From Candidatus Saccharimonadota bacterium (lineage in GTDB: Bacteria > Patescibacteriota > Saccharimonadia > Saccharimonadales > JACDFO01): a stretch of DNA of 47,148 nucleotides. Position 1 is the first letter of the stretch. Each line of letters begins with the position of its first letter. The notes beneath the pieces are model-generated. The model had not been told where the DNA came from and did no database searches. It was given only the letters and a program-made list of their open reading frames with translations. The position numbers and the translations under genes are program-made. Shown here in pieces: positions 1-7,872 of the stretch. The stretch lies in contig JACDFO010000001.1 in assembly GCA_013815785.1 (NCBI GenBank), forward strand, positions 2,973 to 50,120, in the 5' to 3' direction.

Positions 1-1
1 T

Positions 2-664
2 AATCAGGGATATGGCGCCGATGCACTCCGCACATATCTGATGTTTGCCGCTCCCTTACAGGTTTGGGCTAAGTGGGATCCTCAAGGAGTACCCGGAACC
101 TACCGATTTTTGTCAAGAATATGGACATTAGTACAGGAGTACAATGATGCTTCTGAAGCAGAACCTTCACTGCAACAGTCAAACGATATCCAGCGTGTTA
201 TCCACCAAATGATTAAGAAAATGACCGAAGATATTCAGCACAATATGTATAACACAGCAATCGCGACTGCCATGACCACGGTAAACAGCTTGTACAAACT
301 CAAAAGTCAGTCTATGTCCAAAAATGAAGTCTGGCAAACATCATTAGAAAGCTTGGTGGCCTGTGTAGCACCGTTTGCACCGCATATCGCGGACGAACTA
401 TGGCAACAACTCGGTCATACCGAAAGTGTTCACAAAGATAGCTGGCCAGCTTGGGATGATTCATTACTTGAAACAGATACTGTGACAATTGTTGTACAAA
501 TAAACGGCAAAGTACGCTCAACAGTTGAAGTTGAAAATAATGCCACCGAAGAACAGATTGTGGCTACGGCTAAGGAAATTGAAAAAGTGGCTGGCTATTT
601 AGCTAATGAACCTATCAAAAAAACGATTTATGTTCCAGGTAAGCTAGTAAATTTTGTTTTGTAA
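2..664 (+). CDS. leuS: Leucyl-tRNA synthetase, C-terminal fragment (5' end lies outside the window)
   Basis: The frame is open from the window edge (NQGYGADALRTYLMFAAPL...). The C-terminal region is LeuRS-like. Stop TAA at 662-664. Confidence 0.85.
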   Translation, partial: NQGYGADALRTYLMFAAPLQVWAKWDPQGVPGTYRFLSRIWTLVQEYNDASEAEPSLQQSNDIQRVIHQMIKKMTEDIQHNMYNTAIATAMTTVNSLYKLKSQSMSKNEVWQTSLESLVACVAPFAPHIADELWQQLGHTESVHKDSWPAWDDSLLETDTVTIVVQINGKVRSTVEVENNATEEQIVATAKEIEKVAGYLANEPIKKTIYVPGKLVNFVL

Positions 665-1003
665 TCAGTTAGAGCGCAAGGGATTAAACGCTACGCTTTG
701 ATCTGATACGTGGGTTAGTTCTTCGAAAGTCATCGCTTGGCCTGCGTCAAGCTTAGCTTGTGCCTGTAACTTTGGCAGCTCCAGTGCAGCTTCGTTACCA
801 TCATGGATAACGTCGCTAGCGACTTGAAATGGCCTAATCATAGCGTTACCTAATCGTTGCAGACGTGTTAATGGTATTTCACCATTGGCAGCTCGCTCAG
901 CAGCTGCGCCAAGGCTGTTTAGTGCCGAACGCTGCCTATCAATAGCGTTGCTGAAGCTACTAAAGCTTTTATCTTGTTCAAATTTTCGAGAATGGTTACG
1001 CAT
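665..1003 (-). CDS. Hypothetical protein (about 112 aa)
   Basis: Minus-strand ORF. ATG at 1003 has GGAG about 11 nt upstream; the track version starts at TTG 1045. No motif recognised. It abuts the leuS stop with no spacer. Confidence 0.55.
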   Translation of the reverse strand: MRNHSRKFEQDKSFSSFSNAIDRQRSALNSLGAAAERAANGEIPLTRLQRLGNAMIRPFQVASDVIHDGNEAALELPKLQAQAKLDAGQAMTFEELTHVSDQSVAFNPLRSN

Positions 1004-1090
1004 TGTGTAGAACTCCGATAATACGCCCTTTTTACCGAACGTCAATATATCATTATACCACGACTGTCAATAGTTGTCAATATTAACTAT

Positions 1091-1119
1091 TTGAGTTTAC
1101 TCGAGAAATGCGCTAAAAT
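1091..1119 (+). promoter_or_regulatory. Sigma70-like promoter candidate upstream of rpmF
   Basis: TTGAGT (1091-1096), 17-nt spacer, TAAAAT (1114-1119). Identified by eye only. Confidence 0.4.
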
Positions 1120-1163
1120 AGAGCTAATATTTATCAGAGTAAGTAATAGGAGCGCTATTTTTA

Positions 1164-1322
1164 ATGGGTAAACCAAAAAAACGAACAAGTCCCAGACGCA
1201 CCGGCACTCGCCGTAGCCACCTAGTTGTCAAATTGGCTCGGGCGGTTAACGCAAAATCTCCGGTTAAAGCCTATACGACGCGTCGTGAAAGCGGTAAAAA
1301 GCTAGCTAGCAAAGCAGGCTAA
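1164..1322 (+). CDS. rpmF: 50S ribosomal protein L32 (bL32), 52 aa; absent from the ORF track because it is under 60 aa
   Basis: Translation is MGKPKKRTSPRRTGTRRSHLVVKLARAVNAKSPVKAYTTRRESGKKLASKAG. The basic N-terminus (PKKRTS.RR...RR.H) is typical of bL32. TAGGAG lies 13 nt upstream of the ATG. Confidence 0.85.
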   Translation: MGKPKKRTSPRRTGTRRSHLVVKLARAVNAKSPVKAYTTRRESGKKLASKAG

Positions 1323-1361
1323 GTCACGTATACTACGTAGTAAGTAAGGATTAACAATTTT

Positions 1362-1832
1362 ATGGCTTCAAATCGTCACCTCGGGCGCATAATTGCACTG
1401 CAAACGCTGTATGAACAAGAGTTTCGGCTGGACTGTCAGGATGTAACATTTGATCTGGATTCAGTTTTACAGCGTAATATTAGCCGCTATGAGGCAATGG
1501 TTGATGACAGAGAGTTCATTGTTGAACTGGTTCATGGAGTAGATAAAAAGCGTGAAGAAATAAACGCTTTGCTTCAGCCAGTAGCGCCAGAATGGCCGAT
1601 TGATCAGATTGCGCGCATGGACCGAGTCATCCTGCATATCGGAGCATATGAATTACTATACGTCGCTGACGTGCCGCCTAAAGTTGTTATTAACGAAGCA
1701 GTCGAATTATCCAAAGGCTTCGGTGGGGAAAATTCTAGTAAATTTGTAAATGGTGTCCTTGGTACAGTCCTTCGCAACAAAGAAGGCGGAGAGCGTGTCG
1801 AACCCAAGAAGAAAGTGAAGAAAGAATTATGA
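1362..1832 (+). CDS. nusB: Transcription antitermination factor NusB
   Basis: The N-terminus (RHLGRIIALQTLYEQEF) and the C-terminal FVNGVLG motif are typical of NusB. The stop overlaps the next start (ATGA). Confidence 0.9.
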   Translation: MASNRHLGRIIALQTLYEQEFRLDCQDVTFDLDSVLQRNISRYEAMVDDREFIVELVHGVDKKREEINALLQPVAPEWPIDQIARMDRVILHIGAYELLYVADVPPKVVINEAVELSKGFGGENSSKFVNGVLGTVLRNKEGGERVEPKKKVKKEL

Positions 1833-2329
1833 AAAAACCTAAACCAATCCAGGGATTTAGGAAGTTTATTAAAACACGGCGACCGGCTATCAGCGAGGTG
1901 GTGCGTGAACCTACTGCCGGTGGAGTTATTTTTCGACGTAACCCGGACAATAAAGACATCGAAATCCTGCTTATTCAAGACGCCAAAGATCGCTGGACTA
2001 TTCCGAAAGGACACATAGAAGAAGGCGAAAGCTCCAAAGAAACAGCCGAACGCGAAATTCGCGAAGAAACTGGCTTACAAGAGATGAAAGTCATGAACTG
2101 GCTCGGTAAAATCAATTTCCGTTACCGTCGTGCGTCTAGTCTGGTACTTATGACTACCGAGATTTTTCTCGTAAAGGCACTGGGTAAAACCGATGAGCTA
2201 AAGCCGGAGGAGTGGATGAACGGTATTCAATGGTTTACTGCTACGGAGTCGTTAGATAAAATTGAATATGAAGATATTGGCAAGATTATTCTACTAGCAA
2301 TGAAAAAAATAAGGCAATCAAATCTCTAA
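1829..2329 (+). CDS. NUDIX hydrolase
   Basis: Nudix box GHIEEGESSKETAEREIREETGL (GX5EX7REUXEEXGU). Confidence 0.9.
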   Translation: MKKPKPIQGFRKFIKTRRPAISEVVREPTAGGVIFRRNPDNKDIEILLIQDAKDRWTIPKGHIEEGESSKETAEREIREETGLQEMKVMNWLGKINFRYRRASSLVLMTTEIFLVKALGKTDELKPEEWMNGIQWFTATESLDKIEYEDIGKIILLAMKKIRQSNL

Positions 2330-3022
2330 ATGGACGTTTCGCTCTACCAACAGTTTGCTACAGATGTCCTAGGTGTAACTTTCAAACAGCTAGATATATT
2401 AATAACAGCTTTTACGCATCGGTCATATGTAAACGAACATCGTAAAACTGTCACTGAGCATAACGAACGTTTAGAGTTTTTAGGTGATGCAGTTCTAGAA
2501 TTAGTTGTTACGCAGTATCTCTATAGTACTTACACGGACCCTGAGGGCGTGCTGACCAACTGGCGCAGTGCGCTCGTGCGAACAGAAAGCATAGGAGCTG
2601 CAGCCGAGCGTAATGGTTTTGAGCCACTATTACGACTTAGCCGCGGCGAAAAGCGCGGTACGGCTAGAGCAAGGGCGCAAATCATGGCAAACGCCTACGA
2701 AGCAGTTATCGGGGCGGTCTATCTTGATCAAGGCTATGATGCGGCAAAAACACTTATTGAAAAAACTCTGTTAACCACGTTTGAAGAAATTTTACAGACC
2801 GGTTCATGGATGGACCCCAAGTCGCATCTGCAAGAAATTGTGCAAAGCAAGGCTGGGTTTACTCCACAGTACAAAGTGCTCGAGGAAGATGGACCTGATC
2901 ATGAAAAAACGTTTACTGTCGGGGTGCTCGTTGATGGAGAATTAATGGGTAAGGGTAGCGGTCCAAGCAAGCAGGCTGCGCAAGTAGCAGCTGCCGAAGC
3001 CGCTTTGTTGGTTTATAAATAA
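2330..3022 (+). CDS. rnc: Ribonuclease III
   Basis: RNase III signature ERLEFLGDAVLELVV. C-terminal dsRBD-like segment (GPDHEKTFTVGV...GSGPSKQAAQVAAAEAAL). Confidence 0.93.
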   Translation: MDVSLYQQFATDVLGVTFKQLDILITAFTHRSYVNEHRKTVTEHNERLEFLGDAVLELVVTQYLYSTYTDPEGVLTNWRSALVRTESIGAAAERNGFEPLLRLSRGEKRGTARARAQIMANAYEAVIGAVYLDQGYDAAKTLIEKTLLTTFEEILQTGSWMDPKSHLQEIVQSKAGFTPQYKVLEEDGPDHEKTFTVGVLVDGELMGKGSGPSKQAAQVAAAEAALLVYK

Positions 3023-3066
3023 TTTCGCACTATTTTAATCATGCAACAATGACTCTGAAACCATAG

Positions 3067-3095
3067 TTGACAACAGGGGCGGTTATCTGTAGAAT
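3067..3095 (+). promoter_or_regulatory. Near-consensus sigma70-like promoter upstream of rpsP
   Basis: TTGACA (3067-3072), 17-nt spacer, TAGAAT (3090-3095). Lies about 50 nt upstream of the rpsP ATG. Confidence 0.55.
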
Positions 3096-3143
3096 AACTT
3101 GGTTATTTAAGAAATTTATTAATTGGGAAAGAGAGAATAGAGA

Positions 3144-3710
3144 ATGTTAGTCATTCGTATGCAGCGTACCGGCCGTAAAGGTCACGCTCAATTCCGCGTT
3201 GTAGTCCAGGACTCACGCAGGACCCCTACCAGCGGACGTTTAGTCGCCGCACTAGGCAGCTTTAATCCACACTCTAAAGTAGCTATTTTAGACAAACAAA
3301 AAGCAAGTTTCTATTTGGAGCATGGTGCCCAACCTTCCGAGCGAGTCATTCGTTTACTAAAAGCTGAGGGCGTAAAACTACCTTCATGGGTAAAAGTTCC
3401 TACTACCGACAAACAGCGTGTCGTTCGCAATGCTGATAAGCGACGTAGTACCCGCCCAGAAGAGGTAAAAGATACTTCTGCCGAAACTGCAGCTGAAGAT
3501 AACGCTCCTATAGTGGACGAAACTATTGTCGAAGATACTGCTAGCGAAGCATCAGAGCCTGAAGTAGACACAGAACCAGTCACTGACGAAACGGCCGTTG
3601 AAGCAGAACCTGAAACTGAAGCTCCTGCTCCAGACGAAGACACTGCTAAGGAAGCGGCTCCGAAAACCAAAGCTCCTGCAAAAGAAGCTGCCGAAAAACC
3701 AGCAAAATAA
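3144..3710 (+). CDS. rpsP: 30S ribosomal protein S16 (bS16) with a long acidic low-complexity C-terminal tail
   Basis: N-terminus MLVIRMQRTGRKGHAQFRVVVQDSR...FNPH is typical of bS16. Residues from about 100 to 188 are an E/T/A/P-rich extension. Confidence 0.92.
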   Translation: MLVIRMQRTGRKGHAQFRVVVQDSRRTPTSGRLVAALGSFNPHSKVAILDKQKASFYLEHGAQPSERVIRLLKAEGVKLPSWVKVPTTDKQRVVRNADKRRSTRPEEVKDTSAETAAEDNAPIVDETIVEDTASEASEPEVDTEPVTDETAVEAEPETEAPAPDEDTAKEAAPKTKAPAKEAAEKPAK

Positions 3711-3809
3711 TATAATACTCAAACGAAAAGCGAATAATGCCGCAGTGCCCGGTGTGGCGTTTGTTATACTGATAAGACTTACCAACGTGACGCAAGGAGA
3801 CCTAAAGAC

Positions 3810-4259
3810 ATGAATAACAGCATTGACCAACAGTTCGTAGAATACATTGTCAAATCACTAGTCGGTAACCCAGAAGCAGTTTCTGTAGAACGTAGAATAG
3901 ATGAGAAGGGTGTGTTACTTGAGCTAACAGTTGATCCGGAAGATTTAGGTCGTGTTATCGGCAAGCGTGGTGCAACGGCACAGTCACTGCGCACATTACT
4001 CCGGGCTCTCGGCACAAAGAACGATGCCCGCTATAACTTAAAAATTGTTGATAACGGTGACGGTCCTGATCGTTCTGAACGGTCTGACCGTTCTACTGAA
4101 CCTACCAGTACGGATTCGCCAAGTGCACCCGATGATGCCAATGCAACAAATTCAGGTACCACCAATGACGATGATTCTTATTCTGATGACAATAATACCG
4201 AGGATGCGTTAAGTAAAACGCGAAAAGAGCTTAACGATTTGGATGATTTAGACATTTAG
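3810..4259 (+). CDS. khpA: KH-domain RNA-binding protein (YlqC/KhpA-like) with an acidic C-terminal tail
   Basis: KH GXXG motif in GRVIGKRGATAQSLRTLL. Sits directly after rpsP, as in the conserved cluster. AAGGAGA RBS upstream. Confidence 0.8.
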   Translation: MNNSIDQQFVEYIVKSLVGNPEAVSVERRIDEKGVLLELTVDPEDLGRVIGKRGATAQSLRTLLRALGTKNDARYNLKIVDNGDGPDRSERSDRSTEPTSTDSPSAPDDANATNSGTTNDDDSYSDDNNTEDALSKTRKELNDLDDLDI

Positions 4260-4294
4260 ATTGGGATGTAGCTGTTGTAATTTGGAAATCCTTC

Positions 4295-4323
4295 TTGTAA
4301 ACAGATGCCATTACTAGTATATT
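4295..4323 (+). promoter_or_regulatory. Sigma70-like promoter candidate of a CDS-less transcription unit
   Basis: TTGTAA (4295-4300), 17-nt spacer, TATATT (4318-4323). Confidence 0.45.
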
Positions 4324-4329
4324 GGATTT

Positions 4330-4447
4330 ACACCTCCAGCCGTTACCTTCGGTAGAAAAAACAAAAACATTAAATGGCTCTGCGAGCGATTCGAAAGAAT
4401 CGGAGCCTTATGTGATAAAACGAACCTCTTCGGAGGTTCTTTTTATT
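4330..4447 (+). ncRNA. Candidate small structured RNA (about 115 nt), family unknown
   Basis: Bounded by the promoter above and an intrinsic terminator. Three hairpins: 4343-4355; 4376-4407 (GGCTC...CGATTC-GAAA-GAATCG-GAGCC, GNRA loop); and 4422-4439 (UUCG loop). The 5' region contains CACCTCC. Confidence 0.4.
4422..4447 (+). terminator. Rho-independent terminator
   Basis: GAACCTC-TTCG-GAGGTTC (7-bp stem, UUCG tetraloop) followed by TTTTTATT. Confidence 0.7.
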
Positions 4448-4489
4448 GTGTTAAAATATAACTATAAATATGTAAAGGAAAAGAGTAGC

Positions 4490-4549
4490 CCGAGCTTATG
4501 GTTTAGTCAAAGCTCGGAGCAATGAGAAAAACCACTTGGTTTGTCTCAT
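4490..4549 (+). promoter_or_regulatory. Structured leader immediately upstream of the trmD RBS
   Basis: Two hairpins. The first is CCGAGCTT (4490-4497) with AAGCTCGG (4510-4517). The second is ATGAGA..AAACC-ACTT-GGTTT..TCTCAT (4522-4549). The leader ends at the GAGGCGAAGG RBS. Confidence 0.35.
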
Positions 4550-4563
4550 GAGGCGAAGGCGTT

Positions 4564-5217
4564 ATGAAAATACAAGTGATTTCGCTGTTTCCGGAGATGT
4601 TAGCGCCAGTTCTAGAGACTAGTATGCTCTGGAAAGCCAAGGACCGCGGTATTGTGGACTACTCGTATATCAGTTTACGTGATTATGGATTAGGCAAACG
4701 CAAAACTGTCGATGACACACCATATGGTGGTGGAGATGGCATGCTTTTGATGATCGAACCTTTGGTAGCTGCGATTGAGTATGCTAAACAACAGGACCCG
4801 AATGCTATAGTAATACTCCCTACACCCAGAGGAAAGCTATATAAACAGTCTGAAGCTAAAAATTTAGCTACGGCCGCCTCTGGACTTATATTTGTTTGCG
4901 CGCGTTATGAAGGTTACGATGAGCGCGTTACCGACTGGGTAGATCAGCAATTTTGTATAGGGAATTATGTTTTAACCGGCGGAGAACTGCCAGCCATGAT
5001 AATTATTGATAGCGTGGTGCGTCTGTTGCCAGGAGTCTTAGGTGGCGAACAATCCGCAGAAATAGAATCCTTTCAGTCTGACGATAAGACCATAGAGTTT
5101 CCCCAGTATACTCGACCCGAAGAATTTAAGGGAAAAAAGGTACCTCGCGTTTTACTGACGGGGCATCATGGTGAAATCGAATCTTGGCGTCAAATACAAC
5201 AGCAGGAGAATAAGTAA
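4564..5217 (+). CDS. trmD: tRNA (guanine37-N1)-methyltransferase TrmD
   Basis: Motifs ISLFPEM, DDTPYGGGDGMLL and ARYEGYDERV, plus the C-terminal LLTGHHGEI. Confidence 0.93.
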   Translation: MKIQVISLFPEMLAPVLETSMLWKAKDRGIVDYSYISLRDYGLGKRKTVDDTPYGGGDGMLLMIEPLVAAIEYAKQQDPNAIVILPTPRGKLYKQSEAKNLATAASGLIFVCARYEGYDERVTDWVDQQFCIGNYVLTGGELPAMIIIDSVVRLLPGVLGGEQSAEIESFQSDDKTIEFPQYTRPEEFKGKKVPRVLLTGHHGEIESWRQIQQQENK

Positions 5218-5903
5218 TGGGTGATTTAATTCCATTTGAACCTCGCATTCGCCCTGAACCATACGAGATAGCTTCTCCGGCTTTGGAATATGACCTCATG
5301 TCCGTCTATAAATTACTCAGTATGGATTATGAAAGTGGGGCTGTCATTACTAGCCCGACGGTTGAAACATTTGAACCATATATAAGGCCAGATGGCTCTA
5401 TGCAAGTTGGAAAATTTGGAATGGAAGATTTTGAGCAAAGATTTTCACACACAGAAGTCAATCCACATCGTTTCTATGTCAATGTATATGCCCTACAGCA
5501 CTGCTTTAAAAAAATTATAAAAGATGAGAACGAAGCTGAATTTCACAATGACCTATTAACAGCTGCCAAACTTACAGTACAAACAGCTAGTGAATTTAAA
5601 AAAACTCGCAACCCGCACCGCGTCGAAACAGCTTTAATTGGCTACTGGGCGATGGAGATGGCATTGTCTAAAGAACTCAATCATATTGAGCCCGCAAATC
5701 GTCGTAAAAGCGAACGAATAAGAGCTAAGATGGCTTCAGATAAAAAGTTACCGAGCATACCTAATAGTGAGGCGAGGACGGAGCGTAGACGTACGTTAGG
5801 GCATATGGCGTTATTTTTGGAGCAAATAGATCCGTTACTTAACACTGCGGTTGCAACTGTTATTAGGCGACGCTCTCAGGCTTCAGCTATAATAGAGGAG
5901 TAA
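5217..5903 (+). CDS. Hypothetical protein (228 aa), translationally coupled to trmD
   Basis: TAATG overlap with the trmD stop. No motif recognised. Basic C-terminal third (RRKSERIRAKM...RTERRRTL). Confidence 0.65.
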   Translation: MGDLIPFEPRIRPEPYEIASPALEYDLMSVYKLLSMDYESGAVITSPTVETFEPYIRPDGSMQVGKFGMEDFEQRFSHTEVNPHRFYVNVYALQHCFKKIIKDENEAEFHNDLLTAAKLTVQTASEFKKTRNPHRVETALIGYWAMEMALSKELNHIEPANRRKSERIRAKMASDKKLPSIPNSEARTERRRTLGHMALFLEQIDPLLNTAVATVIRRRSQASAIIEE

Positions 5904-5916
5904 CAGGGGAGAAGTT

Positions 5917-6294
5917 ATGAATTTCATTAAACCAGTTTTTGCTCATTGTGATTTACCTTGTGGAGTCTATGACCCAGCACAGGCTAGAATTGAAGCGCTG
6001 TCGGTGTATGCCATTATGACTAAATATGATGACCTAGATGAATATAATAAAATACGTGCGATTATGATAAAAGATGAACGTGCCGAGCTAGTCAAACACC
6101 ACTTATGGGTGCTGTGGACAGATTACTTTAAGCCGGAACATTTAGAAAAATATCCTGACTTACATGATAAATTTTGGAAAGCTACCAAACAAGCGGGTGA
6201 ATGCAAGCATCACCTTGAACCAGCTGAAGGACAAAAGTTATTAGACATGATAGACGAAATTGCAGAGGTATTTGCAGCCACCAAAAAAAGCTAA
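5917..6294 (+). CDS. sodN: Nickel superoxide dismutase precursor (NiSOD)
   Basis: A 9-aa propeptide (MNFIKPVFA) is followed by the Ni-hook HCDLPCGVYDPAQARIEA. Further along are HHLWVLWTDYFKP and EKYPDLH, as in Streptomyces SodN. Confidence 0.92.
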   Translation: MNFIKPVFAHCDLPCGVYDPAQARIEALSVYAIMTKYDDLDEYNKIRAIMIKDERAELVKHHLWVLWTDYFKPEHLEKYPDLHDKFWKATKQAGECKHHLEPAEGQKLLDMIDEIAEVFAATKKS

Positions 6295-6295
6295 T

Positions 6296-6622
6296 ATGAA
6301 GTGGCCGATCATACTCAGAAAAATTCATGGGCACAGCATGATGCCAGTTTTGCCACCAGGCACATACGTGTGGGGTACGCGCGCGTTTAAAAAATTAACA
6401 ATCGGCGACACAATAATATTTTTTCACGAGGGTAAAGAAAAAATAAAACGTATTAGCGAAGTTAAAAATACAAAGTTATTTGTGCTTGGCGACCACGCTG
6501 AAGCAAGTACCGATAGCCGTACGTTCGGATGGATAGAACAATCTACTGTGATTGCCAAACTCATCTGGCCTCATGCTCCTAAAAGCCGTGCCGAAAATAT
6601 AGATTCAAACCTCGCCGGATAA
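6296..6622 (+). CDS. sodX: NiSOD maturation protease (S26 signal-peptidase family, SodX-like)
   Basis: GHSMMPVL (catalytic Ser box) and GDHAEASTDSRTFGWI (S26 box E). Starts 2 nt after the sodN stop; the ATG at 6296 is preferred over the track start at 6260. Confidence 0.8.
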   Translation: MKWPIILRKIHGHSMMPVLPPGTYVWGTRAFKKLTIGDTIIFFHEGKEKIKRISEVKNTKLFVLGDHAEASTDSRTFGWIEQSTVIAKLIWPHAPKSRAENIDSNLAG

Positions 6623-7819
6623 GTATTGAATCTGTGTCATACCATCGGCACACTGTGGGCAAGACTCTTCCTTTTCTGCCTCAGCGGCAAATCGCATCAC
6701 GGCTAGATTCCATGGTTCGTAATCGTGATATGCAATCAGATCGGCCAAACGCCGCAAAGCCCAGCCTAAGCGACCATATAGTCGAAATTTGCCCCACAAT
6801 ACTGCCGCCCACTCAGGTCCGGCGGGCATTACATAAATTGGTTTTTTGGCGTGGTAGGGCTGTGGTTCGTCATTGTCTGCTAATCGAATTAAATTCTCTG
6901 CAACATAATGACCGTCGTATAGGGCTGTTTGTGCCATGCCACTGTATGGCGTATCGGCATTGTCTCCTAAAACGTATATACCTTGCTCGGCTTGCATAAA
7001 TTGGTCTACACGAACCTTGCCATTTTTGGCTAATTGAAAGTGCTGTTCAGTAAAAAAAGGATTGTTAGTCATGCCGGCAGTCCAAATGACAGTATGACTA
7101 CGAATAGGTTTATCATTTACCATCAATGCGTCAGCATTTTGGGCTTGTACAGCAGTATTGAGATAAATTTTGACACCTATTTTGCGTAAACGCCGTGCAA
7201 CCAATCGTGAGATATCCTTAGGCATACGAGGCAATAATCGCGGCGATGCCTCTATAAGATCGACATGTATTTTACGTTTTGGTAAGCCATGTTGTTGAAC
7301 AATCTGACGAATATAATCTGGCAAAGCTCCTGCGAGCTCAACACCAGTCGGGCCGCCACCGACTACTACATAATTCAAATCTTGATGATTTTCTTTTACG
7401 AGCTGTTTGTGCAAGTGATTCTTTAGTTCCTCAGCGTCTTCTAATGATTTAATTCCAAATGAGTACTTCTCTAAGCCCTTAATTCCGAAATAATTAGTAC
7501 CGACTCCCATTGCTAATATCAGGGCATCGTAAGGTAACGTATGCCCGACTTTGGTTTTAATCAGTCTTTTCTGTCTATCTAAATTAACTACTTTGTCATG
7601 AAGTAAATGAACGGCATGACCTGCAAAAATTTCACTGAGCGGAATGCTAGAAACACGACGTGATCCCCCTGTTGCCGTATGGTATAACGCCCCATATATA
7701 CGCATGTGCGTGTAGTCGCTTATCAAGCTGACACGGAACCGTTCATCCTTGGCTAATAATAACGCTGTTTTTACGCCACCAAAACCACCACCCACTATAA
7801 CTACGTTATGTTTTGACAT
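6605..7819 (-). CDS. ndh: Type II NADH:quinone oxidoreductase (NDH-2)
   Basis: Two dinucleotide-binding motifs, VVIVGGGFGG and VVVGGGPTGVELAG. Length and overall pattern match the NDH-2 family. Confidence 0.85.
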   Translation of the reverse strand: MSKHNVVIVGGGFGGVKTALLLAKDERFRVSLISDYTHMRIYGALYHTATGGSRRVSSIPLSEIFAGHAVHLLHDKVVNLDRQKRLIKTKVGHTLPYDALILAMGVGTNYFGIKGLEKYSFGIKSLEDAEELKNHLHKQLVKENHQDLNYVVVGGGPTGVELAGALPDYIRQIVQQHGLPKRKIHVDLIEASPRLLPRMPKDISRLVARRLRKIGVKIYLNTAVQAQNADALMVNDKPIRSHTVIWTAGMTNNPFFTEQHFQLAKNGKVRVDQFMQAEQGIYVLGDNADTPYSGMAQTALYDGHYVAENLIRLADNDEPQPYHAKKPIYVMPAGPEWAAVLWGKFRLYGRLGWALRRLADLIAYHDYEPWNLAVMRFAAEAEKEESCPQCADGMTQIQYLSGEV

Positions 7820-7872
7820 ATATTATTAACAGTGTACAAGATGCTAGTGGTTACTGTAAACTATTGTTAACG

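Noticed and set aside
1063-1082. Tandem TGTCAATA-GT-TGTCAATA repeat upstream of rpmF
   Set aside because: It could be overlapping -35-like boxes or an operator. It is only 8 bp repeated twice with no supporting context, so I did not report it as a feature.
4330-4447. Could the structured RNA be 4.5S/SRP RNA?
   Set aside because: I could not find the conserved helix-8 features (GGAA tetraloop flanked by the AGCA/GGAA internal-loop motifs) on either strand.
4322-4525. 67-aa track ORF (TTG start) between the KH gene and trmD
   Set aside because: It reads through a strong intrinsic terminator and three hairpins, has no RBS and has odd composition. The region is better explained as non-coding RNA.
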